Source of the DNA: Hyphochytrium catenoides | Lineage: Eukaryota > Protista > Hyphochytriomycota | Length of the DNA stretch: 64,000 nucleotides | Direction: 5' to 3' | Assembly: GCA_900088475.1 (NCBI GenBank) | Contig: FLMG01001193.1 | Location: 62,001-126,000, forward strand | Shown here: one piece after another, positions 50,801 through 62,782 of the stretch | How the letters are laid out: each line of letters starts with the position of its first letter | How positions within the stretch are numbered: position 1 is the stretch's first letter | Notes under the pieces: generated by a model | What the model was told of the DNA's origin: nothing | Databases searched by the model: none | The model's input: only the letters and a program-made list of their open reading frames with translations | Made by a program: the position numbers and the translations under genes

Positions 50801-51348
50801 TGCGGAAGCATGCATCTCGCTTTGACGAGATCCCAAGCTGCGGAATTTGCCAGAAGCTCTTTCACTTCATAGTTCGAGTGCGGCGTCAGTGCAAGCTATG
50901 TGGCCGAGTAGTTTGCCCCCGGTGCTCATCAGTTCGCCTGCAAGCTACCCCCGAGCTGAAAGTTCGTGTGGGCAAATGGTCAATTAGAGTTTGTGACAAG
51001 TGTGTCTCGACACTTCAGAAGCTCGACATCGCTATGGATAGTGGGTCATACAACGCTTTCGTCGACACACATCCAGACCACCACCCGAGAAATCATCTCA
51101 TCATTGCCAGAGAGCCCAAGGATCCCAACCCAGTGTACATTTCTTGGCCAGTCGCACTGCCGTCTTCGGTGGTCAAGGGTGTTATCAGACTCCGTTTTGG
51201 CATTGATAGGTCCCTTCCCCTAGTCCTGGTCAAGAAATCAAGTGAGCGACTCAGTATAAAGTCGAAGGACGTCATTGAGCTCGCATACGTCATCGTCAAT
51301 CCTCCGACTGCCGAACCGAGTGGTTCTATGTATGAGTTTGAAGAGTGA
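47862..51348 (+). CDS. Dual-specificity (MAPK-type) phosphatase with START-like, rhodanese/CH2, DSP and FYVE-like domains, multi-exon
   Basis: START-like GWEHWR|TKHGVKTY...DREVFVL...WESID...SGITFR; rhodanese LIIDVRP..IKGAIHL..IVIYDD..VRYLSDGF; DSP YPNEIIEDFLYLGN, LGITHVVN, VLVHCTQGISRS, PNLGFMQQL; eight-Cys finger CGIC..CKLCGRVVCPRCS..RVCDKC. Confidence 0.85.
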
Positions 51349-52381
51349 TATATATCTTTTACGCTTTATTTTGTCATTCGAGCCTTCTATCACATAGATC
51401 TAAATCTTGCTAGCAAACTATTCTTCTAACGTCAAGAATTCATCCGACAGTCTTAGTTCAACTATCAATTAACTCCTTCAATGAAGGCTCTTTCATCCAC
51501 CCTACATAGAAGTAGTGGGCTCTGCATGCTTATCAAGCTGGACCTATCGTTGGCGACAGTATTTGTTTAAAGCCGCAGACGCCGAGATTCAAATTTTGGA
51601 GATCTTTGAGAAAAAGGAGAGGGATGGCGAGCGCTGACCATCCCGCCCCTCGTACACGATGGTAAGACGCCAGGCAGTTTGGCTGCTAGTGTGGCTCCAA
51701 TCTCATCATCGTCTTCCGCCAGTTGGTGGTGGTCGCTACCACCGCTGGCATTGGCCCTGTCTGTGAGGCTCTCCTGCTTCGACCGTGGGTGTCTCAACCA
51801 TCAGACTTCTTTCTAATACATCCAGTTCTTTTTTCCCTCTCTCGTGTGCGATTCTGCATCTCGAGACAAGTTGGCAGAGCTGCGGGCAGTGGCAAGACAG
51901 GGATGCTTTGGGAACAAACCTATCTCTGGCAGCTACCAGCTGATGTGCAACCTCTCTCTCTCTAATGGAGTTCGATGGGCCGAGTTTGTGAGAGCAATCA
52001 ATAAAATAATCCATCACTCATCAGAATCACCTCAACAGGCACAGGAGGGCATATTCGGAATGGGAAATAGGTTAATACGCATTAGCTCAGCGACATTCAG
52101 AATGTACATACATTAAGCGCCATCGAACCGCCGGCACCATCCAAGCAAGGATCAGAACTCCGTGAGTGCTGGTAACTTGCTTCAGCTTCCTCGTGGCGGC
52201 GAAGGGCGTCTTCGTCGCGGCGGAAGCTCTACTCCGTCGTCTGACACTAAGCGACGTAGAGGAGGTCTTGGAGAGGCGGAGACGCTTCCTTCTTGGTAGG
52301 GGATATCCTGGTCGACCCAGCCTGGACATTCAATGCAGTGAATGAGAAGTGAGAGAAAGTCACGAAGCGGCATCTGACACA

Positions 52382-55300
52382 ATGCTGGCGGCCGCTAGGT
52401 GGTGCGGGCAGGGTTTAACTCAGGGGAGATGTCGCGTCATTTCTAGAGCGAAGCATCTCCGTCCAACTCCCACTTACCCGATCACCGTGACAAGGCGCTT
52501 TTTGGAGCCGGGTATCACCAAACGCCAGGGTGGTGTTATCAGGTGTATTGGGCACACGATTTTCAGGGGTTATTCGAATACCAGTCATAGCCTAGGTTCC
52601 ACTGAGAATGAGTTCGAGGGTGTCTCTATTTCTGATAGAAGCAAAGAGAACTCCGCTCCGCTGGAAAAACCTATGGAGGAACAGCTGCTGCTGCCGTTTC
52701 TGGACAGTTTTCTTAGCAAACTTCAGATCCATGCAAGTAATCAGTTCGTTACATCGATCATCACCAAAATTTTCAAGTTTGTCGATTCTCAAGCAAGCAC
52801 CAAGTAAGTGTAAAAGACATACTGCGATCGTCTCTTCCTTGCCTCGAGGGGCCTATACCTTGTTATCTTCCCGGAGGTGACTTTGTCTCTTGAAATCTAT
52901 GTCCCGTGCTTAAGCTGATGTCTCTCTTGCACATGATTTCCTAGAGAACGTCTTTACAGCGATCTAGAAAAGATGATGAAAGCCAGAGGGTTGCCCTTCT
53001 TCTTCCCGCCATTGCAGAGATTTTTGGAAGGTGGCGATGTAGGTTTCTTTTTGCGCCCTCTTTGGAGGTTCCATCTTCCACGTCTGCTTTGTACTGAAAT
53101 GAGTTACTGCAGGCGATGGAGTTGCTGAACACTATTCCTGAGGTTCGAGCAAGCCGTCTCGTATTTACGCCGTAAGTAAAGGGCGCAATGAGACTGCTCT
53201 AGACGACGTCATAACAATGTCCCTTGGGAGAAACTCATCTTCGTCTCTCCTCGTGCCTTCTCTACTTAGCCTTGTCCAAAAGATTGAGGACGGCTGCTTG
53301 CCCACAGAGCAGGAAGCAAGACGAGACTTTAATGGTCAAGTAGCTCTCCTTATATGCGTCCGGCACCTTTTCTCAGGCGGCCCACGGCTGGATTCTGTGA
53401 CAAACAAACAACAAGAGTGAGTTTCAGGTCGTATCCTAGTATCAGCCTGCAGTTCTTCGATAGGGTGAAAACTGGTACTGAGAGGGTCAGGAAAGAGTAA
53501 GGAAAGAGGGTAAAAGAACGCAAAGGGGGAGAAACAGTCCAGTGCTACCCAGTGCCGGAGGATACAATGTACGGGAAGTCTAAATAAGGGCATACACATG
53601 AAGAGTGCGCCGTGAAGATCAGAGGCACCGTCCATAGACATCAAGAGGGAACAGATGTTTGACGCTTTCTCTTAGGTATGAATTATTGAAGCAGAAATTG
53701 AAAAAGCAGCTCTTGAGTACGGGCTTGGCAGAAGGTCTTGAATGCAGCAGAGTTCTTATGGACATCAACCCGTATTCAGGAGGTGATTCAGAACTTTGTT
53801 CAACGGAGGTTTGGGAGGATGACGCAGCAAAGGCAGAGGAACTCGCCATTCTGTTTGGGAACAGCTTGGAGGACAACTTCCACCGTTTGTTGTACGAGAG
53901 GTTGCAGAGATTTGTGGATAAACGATCGTTTAGCGCTCAAAACAAGTAAGGCACAATTGCGGATGTTTGAATGGCTTGCCTGTCATTGGTCTTTCAGACT
54001 GTACTTGGCTATTGCTCTCGTAGCCCGGCGGTTGGACTTCAGTCGCCACTAGCTTACGTGCGTATTACATCGCAGTGATCTCCTGGTTGAGAGCTTGATG
54101 AAACTGTTGAAGGGTAGTATGATGAGGAATACTCTAATTGGCGCGCTGACAGAGTTTGCTAGTCGTTCTCTTATCCCGTCCACCGACTTCAGCCTGGAGG
54201 TAAGGATGAGACAGAGACAGCCCTTAAAACTGGCGACCACTTCTTGTAGTCCTGCTCGACATTATTGTGGCACTCTTTATGCAACTCTCTCACCCACTCA
54301 ATCTTACCTGTTTACCGCCCTCTCTCACCTGTAATACCAGCGGGATCGTTTGATGCTTGCACGCAAGGAAAAGCAGATGGAGGCATTCACGCATGTCTTG
54401 GTCGGGGCGAGATCCAGAATTTCAGAGGGGCTGGAGGAAGCCGCAACGCCTCTCCTTAAACGCGCGGCGAAAGGTATCACGAAGGACCCAGAGCTGGAGG
54501 TTCTTATCAACAGGTAAATGCTTTTCCAGCAGGGGTTAGCTTTCTCATGTCACGAGTGTTGGATGTGCCACTCTAAGCCCTATAAGGACGTATGCCATTG
54601 CGAAGAGAGTTATTTGGCTTGCATTCTTTCTGTTACATTCTTGGCACTGACCCTTTCCTTCAAAGAATTGCTACAATCTTAGATGAGCGCCAGTATTACG
54701 CCTTCTACATGCGCCTTGTGAAGTATAAGATGGCTGGAGACTTCTCGGCGGCGTCTCGCCACCAGCTGTTTAGAAATCTGGAGGAGCTTAGCGGTCATGC
54801 TGAAAAACTAATCATGCCTCTCCTGGCCAAGGTACATTTTTGGACCTTTATGTTAATGAATCTCTTTTGGTTCTTGATCTCTCAACGGCTTTTACCCAGT
54901 CATCGTCAGTTTTCACGTGCTTTTGGTGTACCGTTCTACTGTGATGTGAGAAATGGGAAACAAGCTCGACTTGGAATTCTATGGTGCTCTGAGGCAGGTA
55001 TCAGGAATTAACGTTGTTCTGCTCTCTGTTACAGCATCTGGACTCTATTGCCATTGATGCACTTCAGGAGAGCAGGGCCAGGGCCCTCAATGTTAGAAGT
55101 ATTCTCCTAGATGCGGTACCTATGCAATCCTTAGACGTCGCTAAGAGTTTAGAGCGTAAGAAGTTGCAGGAAAGAGAGAGTGGCATGAATGACGGAAGCG
55201 GTAGTGGAACCGACATCGATCGGGAACTGACTACGACGGCACCTAAAGATCTAGACCGAACCCTAGAGGGTGCGGAAGATGCTTTAGAGATGATGATGGC

Positions 55301-57096
55301 TATGCATCCGGTAAGCTATATCTCCTTCGCGAGGCATTCAGTTCCTCCCTCCCTCAAATTCTCTCATCTTAGAGCAACGACGGCCGTTCTTCTCTAACTT
55401 CCCACTTGGAATTGAATGTGTTTATGGNNNNNNNNNNNNNNNNNNNNNNNNNNNNNNNNNNNNNNNNNNNNNNNNNNNNNNNNNNNCCGGGGACTTGCTC
55501 AGATTTATCCCACCTACTCACAAGGTAGCTCTTACCTCTGAAACCTCTCCGTCCGCCGAAATACTCTATTATGCTCTGTGCCAGCGCAGTTTTTTATAAC
55601 GGACTCATTTCATGTTAGATTTACGTGGGAAACTTACCGCGTCATATTGACGAGGCTCAACTAGAACTTGCTTTTAGCAGAATTGGACAGGTAAGCTTGG
55701 TAGGACTAGCGGCATAGAACTTTGATTAATAACAGGCCGATAGGGCCATGTAACGCGAGAAGCCCAAAGTGTACCATCCTGGAAAGAGACGACGGAAGAG
55801 GTTGATGTTTGGCCTCTAGCTAGCCACAATGCACAATACATAAAGGGGCAAGAGCAAATGATATGAGAGTAGAGGGCGTCGCAAAGGGACGATGGCTTTG
55901 AGGAGGCACACGGCAGAAGGCAATAGCACTGACCCCTATAGTAGGTAGATCATGTCGAGATTTTCCGAGATCGGGAGATTCTTGAGGAGGAAAAAGACAC
56001 GACGAGGAAAGATGGAAGAAAAGCCAGAACAAACGTTAAACGGAAGCCGAGAGCAGACTTTACTGGCGTCTACGGTAGGGGAGGAGCCTTTCGTATGTCC
56101 TTAACTTGCTCTTTCCGTGCCTGGCTTTGTTACTTCTCCCTCAACTTGCCCGTTTGGGGCTCTTCGCTCAAGAATCTCATCAACTTACTTGCTTCCAGGC
56201 TTTGTCTACTTCAAGTCCGCGAAGGACCTAGAGAGAGCACTCGCACCATCAGTCAGACTCTTTGGCATGCGTATAAGGGTAAGACTACTGAACATCTACC
56301 TAACTAAATTCCGAGCATCCATCACCACCTTCGTTGCTCGGAAAACTTCACCTTCCCTATCGAGTGCTAACTATCTTCATCTCAGTTGCTTCACTTTCTT
56401 CATATCAGGTAGTAGGAGTACTTAAGGCATAGACCTGAGGTAGCTCCGTCTAGGCTACTCACTAACCCCCAACCCCTCTTTGGCTGACTGTCCTCAGGCA
56501 CATTACACCAAAGTAGAAGGCGAAGATGGTCCAGCGCGGGATATCGTGGAGTCTGCCATGTGCAATATAGACCTTGTGTCGGATCGACGGACTCTGCGAA
56601 TAGCTGACATCGCTTACGGCACGCAGGTGGAGGAGCTTGTAAATAAACTAGAGGAGCTTTTCGAGCCCTTTATAAAGGTGAAGCAAGGAGAGCCTAGACA
56701 AAGTCTCATTTTACGTGTCGTGGTACTCTAAGTGACCACGACTACTACCTTTTTGTGATGACGACCCTTTTTGGATTGCCCTTCAAGGTCTACATACTCT
56801 TCCTTCTAAAGCGGTCCTCTGACAAACATTTCTGCATGTTTAAGGTGAATCTCAAGGAGAGCCTTGGTCGTGGCTCTCTTCTCCGCCGTGGCAAAGCCTT
56901 TATAGACTTCAGCACGCACGACCTAGCGGATCTTGCCTATCGCTGCCTGGCTGGCCGGCTATCTTTCAATGGAGAGCCTGCCAAGGTTGGTTTTGCTGCA
57001 AAGCGACGAACGGGCGGAGGAAGGATGCAAAATACGCAGCAAGGCCGCCAAGCTCCTTCTAGAGAAAGAGGAGAAGATTGGTCCGACGACCATTGA
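52382..57096 (+). CDS. Putative mitochondrial RNA-binding protein: presequence, long helical region and two C-terminal RRMs; crosses an N-gap and may be two genes
   Basis: Arg-rich, acid-poor N-terminus MLAAARWCGQGLTQGRCRVISRAKHLR. RRM1 IYVGNLPRHIDEAQLELAFSRIGQVDHVEIF...YGFVYF; RRM2 TLRIADIAYG...GKAFIDFSTHDLA...KVGFA. The exons I traced join in frame. Confidence 0.65.
55428..55486. other. Assembly gap (N run)
   Basis: Run of n characters. Confidence 0.99.
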
Positions 57097-57426
57097 TAAC
57101 GGAGGCTTCCAACCCACACAAGGTGTTTTAACCACTTGATTAGGGGACCGCCGCTCCAGTAAGAACTTGTCGGAACTATCTTGTGGACTGCGGAAAGCAC
57201 CCCCCTTAATTCCTGTTTCAAGAGGCGGAGCACCAATTTATGGATACCAATAGATCCGCGCAAGTGGAGACAAAAAGTCGCATGCCTCTTCCCCTAGTCT
57301 GGCTTGCAAAAGTAGAGTAGAGGAGTTAAGAGTGCAGCTTCTTCTCCATCCCTTTTAACTTATTTAGAGCCTCAGCCCACAGCCCTCTCTAGAGAACCAG
57401 GACCTAGTGGCTTCGGTTCTCAATAG

Positions 57427-58486
57427 TCAGCGAGCTGGGGCTGCCGGGACATTCCTAATGTCCAGTAGATATTGTAACAGAGCTTTCACCCTTCCCTCCA
57501 CCTCGGCCGCGGCTGGTACCCCCGTAGGAATTATAAGTTGTTTGACTGCAATTGCAATGGCTGTCCGCTGGCCCACGTGCTGCAGGTTTCATAGGAGAGA
57601 TGTACAGGGGAGCAGGAGGAAGAATGTCAGAAACCGTCCAGGCAAAAAGGTAAGTGCGTGGAAAACAGGTTCTATGCTATAAGGAATATACCAAGGGAGA
57701 AGGCTAGTTCTATGCTATAAGGAATGGACCGATGGGAAGGCAAGTGAGATAAAGGATTGTTCACGTCAGAAGGTCAGATCCCTCCGAGCAACGAACTAGG
57801 AGAAATAACGGTTCATAGAGTGAAAAGGAGAAGGAGAGAGGTCGGAAGGGATTGTTCCTACTGTGGATGGTGTAAGAGAGAGAGAGAGAGTAGGGACACG
57901 GCATGGTTCCCACCTTCCCCATCATTACTGGCTGGCAATCAAGAAATAGCGCAGGAGTTGCAGAAACGTTGCTTAAAGACCTCAGCTGCTCATAGAGAAC
58001 AGGCGACGGACCGTACAAGCCGCGCTGACAGGCAACCACCAGTAGTCGTGCCTCTCTCCTCTCTAAGGCCTTCAGCACTTCATTAAGCCCCACAACCGCC
58101 AGGTTGTCAGATGTGCTACTCTTTGCATTTGTTTCTCCAGCGCTCTGTCTTGATCTTTTTCTTCCACTGGTATGTGGCTGCTTCCTAAGCCCCTCTACGT
58201 CCTCCTGGCCCTTAATGCCACGTCCTTCCACGCCGGCCACCAGCTGTGTGTTCTCGCCCGCCTTCTCAGAGGCTGCGCCTTTCCTTTCATTACTATACTT
58301 CTGTTGTTCTTCGCAGACCTCTTTCCATCGTTTGATGAGAGGGACCAGCTCATTCCGTAGTCGTCCCAGAACGATGGTCGTATCCTCGGCACTGAGTACC
58401 TCCTTCTGTAGAGATGGTGGAAGAGGCAATGTAGAAGTCCTCTTCTCGGGCCGAGCACGCCCAGATCCTGCTTTGACCTTATGCAT
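57427..58486 (-). CDS. L7Ae/L30e-family RNA-binding protein, probably RNase P/MRP subunit RPP38/POP3-like; 2 exons
   Basis: AVVGLNEVLKALERREARLLVVAC...MMGK|HVGQRTAIAIAVK fits the L7Ae fold (G.NEV.KALE; LG..G...A.A..V). The basic N-terminal extension resembles RPP38 (inference). Confidence 0.7.
57669..57744. repeat. Two-copy 38-bp-period tandem duplication with an identical 19-nt core, intronic
   Basis: gttctatgctataaggaat at 57669-57687 and 57707-57725, each followed by a similar acc.a.ggg(ag)aaggc tail. Confidence 0.85.
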
Positions 58487-59132
58487 AGTGTCTCGACTTT
58501 AGCTATGAAGAAGATGCAAGGCTGGATAGGAACAATGGAGTGATCGAGAGAATCCTCCGTGCCTTTGAGCTGTTTTACGACGACTTAGGAACAGCCGAAG
58601 GAGAGTGTCAACTACTCACCGAACTCTACATAAACAGAACTTGTCCGCTGTGCTCTATATTTTTCTGGTGCGCTTCTGCCGTCGTGCATCTACAGCAGCC
58701 CGTCCAGCGACATCATGGTCATCCCACGATCAGGATGTCACTCTTTCATAGAACGAAGTTGGGCCAGCGAGCAAAGTAATGACATCAATGCAAGAGAGTT
58801 CTAATTGGGAGCCGCTAACGCCCGTTAGCCTATTGAAGAGCAAAGAGACAAGAAGAGAGAGATTCGAAGCTTGATGTGCATGCCCTCAGACAGACAGACA
58901 GAGCTCTGTTTCCTGCTTGCTTACCTGGAACAGCCGGCGACTGCGGCTCGCAGACTATTCGTAGCCCTTCTTTGGTCCCCGGTTCGTTAGAAACTTGCAC
59001 TGCCTGGTCATCCTGGGATTCTTGTCGGTCTCTGCTCCTTGCACTGACGGGAAAAGTGTAGCTCTATAGTGCTAAGAGGCAAAGGGGCTACGACTCTGTT
59101 GCTTGATTCGGGCAGCGTCGGGTGTCGCTCCG

Positions 59133-62100
59133 ATGGAAGGTGAGATCTTCCATGATACTGAGGATGTGGAGCGGAGACTAGGGGAGGAAGCAGACTCTAA
59201 AGAAGGGAGCAGCAACCTAAAGATCGACTTGCAAGAGGAGGATATCGGGCAAATGATTACGGTGGTCGGGCATCAGGGGGAGCTCCTCGAGCTCCTTATA
59301 GACCGAAACGTGACTGAGACGGGCACGCAAGGATTCCGCAGCTGCCTCAAACCGTTGTCAGACTTGCATCAATTGAGGGAACGGATCCATAGGAGGCTAG
59401 CGCAAGAAGCAGAAAGACAGGAAAAGACAAAGGAGCAGGATAAGAAGGAAAGTGCTGGTGCCATTGGCGGTAAAGTAGAGGGAAGTACTGGGGAGAAAGG
59501 CTTTGCAGACCTCTTTCCAACCATTAGCGAAAAAGGGGGGAACAAGGAGAGAATAAGCATCGACCAGAGCAAAGTGGAGAACAAGAACGAGGAGGAGAAA
59601 GAAAGGAGAGACACTCTCAACAAGCGGGCTTCTCTCCCCTCTTTTGGCCCTCTTCCATCATCTATCAATGATAAGACAATGGGCACGCTCTGCGAGGAGG
59701 TAAATGCCTTTCTTTCCTGGCCTTCAGTCCGCACCTGCGATGAGCTTAGAGACTACGCCAGCAGCTGTCTCTCAAAACTTTCTACCTCGCCCCCGCCGAC
59801 CCTGTCGGCTGTAGATTTTGTACTACAGCCATTTGAACTTCGATCAGTGACAGTTCAGCGCGGTGCCAAGTATGAAGCATGCGTTAATATGCCGGATGAA
59901 GGTAATGTCCTCGTCTGGAAGTTTAGTTTGGAGGTAAGACAATGGAAGAATATGCGTTAGGCCATGAGGGACAGCGGTTTCAAAAGAGAGAGTGAATTAT
60001 CTCAGTAGTGAATCAGCAGTCTTGACTATAAGAGAGGGTGCTCAAGGTGGACTAGCATCCGCTACCTCTTGATAGACATCTCTCCTCTATGGCTTTACGC
60101 TTCCCCTCTTTGCAAGGTCTATCCCTGGGGGTCATCGTTCTCGCTAAAGTGAGTACTGAAGCGACTAACTACTTGACATACCTTTGCCTTTCCTTGTAGG
60201 ACTATGACGTTGACTTTAGCATCTCCTTCCTTGCTACCAACAGCAAAAAGCGGACGGAGGACGGAGAAACCATGGTCGTGGAAACGGTTACTAGGGCCCT
60301 TGCTGGGCAAAAGTACCAGGGCTCGTTTGTCTGTACGCATCTTTCCCTTCACCCGCTCGCTCATCTCACCATCAATGCCCACCTCGGCTTTTGTTTGGCT
60401 GTAGCTCTTTTATTTTCTCCCTTTCTTGCCTTTGAAGTCCTGATGGCTAGGTTTTTGCTCTTTCTGGCCCATTTTTCCTCCATCCGTCTCACTTAGAGTT
60501 AGGCTGTCGTCCCTGTCGCCAATCTGTGACTGTCAGCTCTATAACCTGATTTTAGAATTATCCAAAATGTGATAATCTGCTTCGGACGTGCTTAGGTCCG
60601 GGTCCTGGTGTGGCAAACTTGTGCTGGGACAACTCATATTCCAGACTTCGAAGTAAAGTCATTCACTTTGTAGCGGAGTGTATCGACAAAGATATAATGA
60701 GCTCGGCGGTTGAGGCGGCAGCAGCTTTATCTAGTATGAAAAAGGAAGAAGACCGGGAAAAGTTGGCGACTGATGAAGTGACAGAGTTGCAAGAAACCCT
60801 GCCAAAGAAAACCGAACCATCAGTCGGTTCTTTCTCCTGGTCTGGCACGGCCTGGAGTGTTCCTAGCATCTTTTCCTCTGGCAGAGCCAATGCCCTTACG
60901 AGTTCGTCCTTGGTCGCCACGTCAAAAGAAGGTATGCGTAGGCCCTGCTTTAAGCGTCCTGAGTGTTTTTCTACCGCAGAAGTACTAAGACGATAGCTGG
61001 CTGCTTCATAGAAGTTGCAGCTCCGGGCGGACCGCTACAGTCGGACGCAGCCCTCCAGGAAGAACTGGAGAAGGCGAAAGAGCATCGACGATTGCTGGAA
61101 TCTAAGCTGGTAAGAGTCTGATGCGTTTTGCTACCTTGCGAGCTAGAAGTGGTAGTTTAGGGGCCAATTCAGTCCTGTCACAGTCTTTATGAGTGCGCTC
61201 ACTGATTGCTCATATGTATGCTTGCGGCTTATTCACCACTTCCCTCATCACCCGTCTCAGGACCATATGGAGGATGAGCTAGCCAGCCTGCAAGGTCAGC
61301 ACACGTTCAAGCTCTGCAACGGACCTCTTCCACTACTGAGATGAGGGGAGAACCTAACATTACTGTGACTGAATGGTGGGTTTATTGTCCATTAGCGCAA
61401 AGGGACCAGACGCTGGCGGCCTTGAAGATGATGAAGGTTGAGCAGGTGAGAGCTCGTCTGCTGAGGTTTGTGCAATTCAGTGGCCCAGTTTGCCAGGTGC
61501 TCTGTCTGATTTGCGGCCAACCGAGGTCTGCAAGAAGCACAAACCCCACTCTGCAACTCTTGCCTTCATATATAGTCACCTCCTAACTCTATTGCTACAA
61601 TCTATCCAGGAACGTTTCGTTGCCAGGGAGAAATCAAGGGAAGAGAGCCTGCAGGTAAAGCTCGCACTTGGACACTGAAAGACCACTGGTAGCCAGGCTG
61701 GAACTAAGTCTAATGTTTGGTCGTGCCAGAAACAAGTGCACTTCCTAGAGCTTAAAGTTAAGAGGAAGGAGGAAGCTGAACAGGTAAGCCTCTTATATTT
61801 TGAAGACCCTTCTTCAACCCTATAACGTTTTGAGAACCAACATACAGCGATGCGAGGGGCTGCAAAAAGGTCTAAGAAAGGCGAGACTGGAAAGTGAAAA
61901 GCTACAAAAGGAAGTTCAACGGCTAAGAAAGGTAATCGATTTAGATGCGTACAAACAATTATTAGACGCCTACGTCTTAAAGGGCGCTATACGTTAAGGT
62001 GATCTACAATGGATCAGAGGAGCCGCAGGACGAAACGAGAAAGGAGGAGACTGGTCCCGAGATACAGCACAAGGACCAGGATGAAAGGGAACTGAGGTCA

Positions 62101-62660
62101 CAGCTGCAGGAAGAAAAGGAGAGAAGTACGTCGCTCTCTTCGTCCATCCTAGCGCTTCTTCGGGAAAACCAAACATTGAAAGCGCAGGTACGCAGCAGCA
62201 TCACAAAGCCAAAAGCGTATGGTCGCTCCTAAACTGCCTTCATATCTGCTGTTTGCTCTTACCACTGGATGTATCAGCTTTTAGAGCAGAAAGGAAAGGT
62301 AAGGGATGCGCGTGAACACTGGTCGGCCGGGTTTATATTCACATGCAATTGGTGAATAGATGAAGACGTTGGCCCTAAAACTGGATGGCAAGAGCAAGAG
62401 CATTGACGGTAATGGTTCCCCTTCACCTCGTTTGGTGCACGTAATCTTAACTAGCTTATATACCCTCTCACCCACTCACCTATATCTCGCTCATTCCAAT
62501 CCACTTACAAACGGCTTTCAATAACTCATTCGCAGCAAAGCTTCAGCTGGCAGAACAGGAGCTCACGGAGCTGTCGTTAATCTCATTACCAGCCACTAGC
62601 GCACAACTGTATGATGTGAAGCATATACTATCCGGGCACCAAACTGGCACAGGACAGTAG
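59133..62660 (+). CDS. GOLD-domain protein with long C-terminal coiled coil and a possible degenerate N-terminal PX-like region, multi-exon
   Basis: GOLD: VTVQRGAKYE..V...GNVLVWKFSLE|DYDVDFSISF...YQGSFVCPGPGVANLCWDNSYSRLRSKVIHF. Heptad-rich exons follow and join in frame to the stop at 62658-62660. Confidence 0.8.
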
Positions 62661-62782
62661 GAACTAGCAGCAGAACATCTGATGTGCAATCATGTGGGAG
62701 CCATATTACGTCCAACAGAGGTCCTTGTGGCACCAAGTCTGTTGTAATCCCTTCGTCTGAGAAGTGCCAGCTAGCCTGTCCA

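Noticed and set aside
51567-52382. Short ORFs on both strands between the phosphatase and the RRM gene (similarly 25497-25915 and 7449-7884)
   Set aside because: No motifs and no consistent splice model; probably UTR or promoter sequence.
57669-57725. Repeat-spacer-repeat pattern suggestive of a mini CRISPR
   Set aside because: Only two copies, the 'spacers' resemble each other, it is intronic, and there are no cas genes; a simple tandem duplication.
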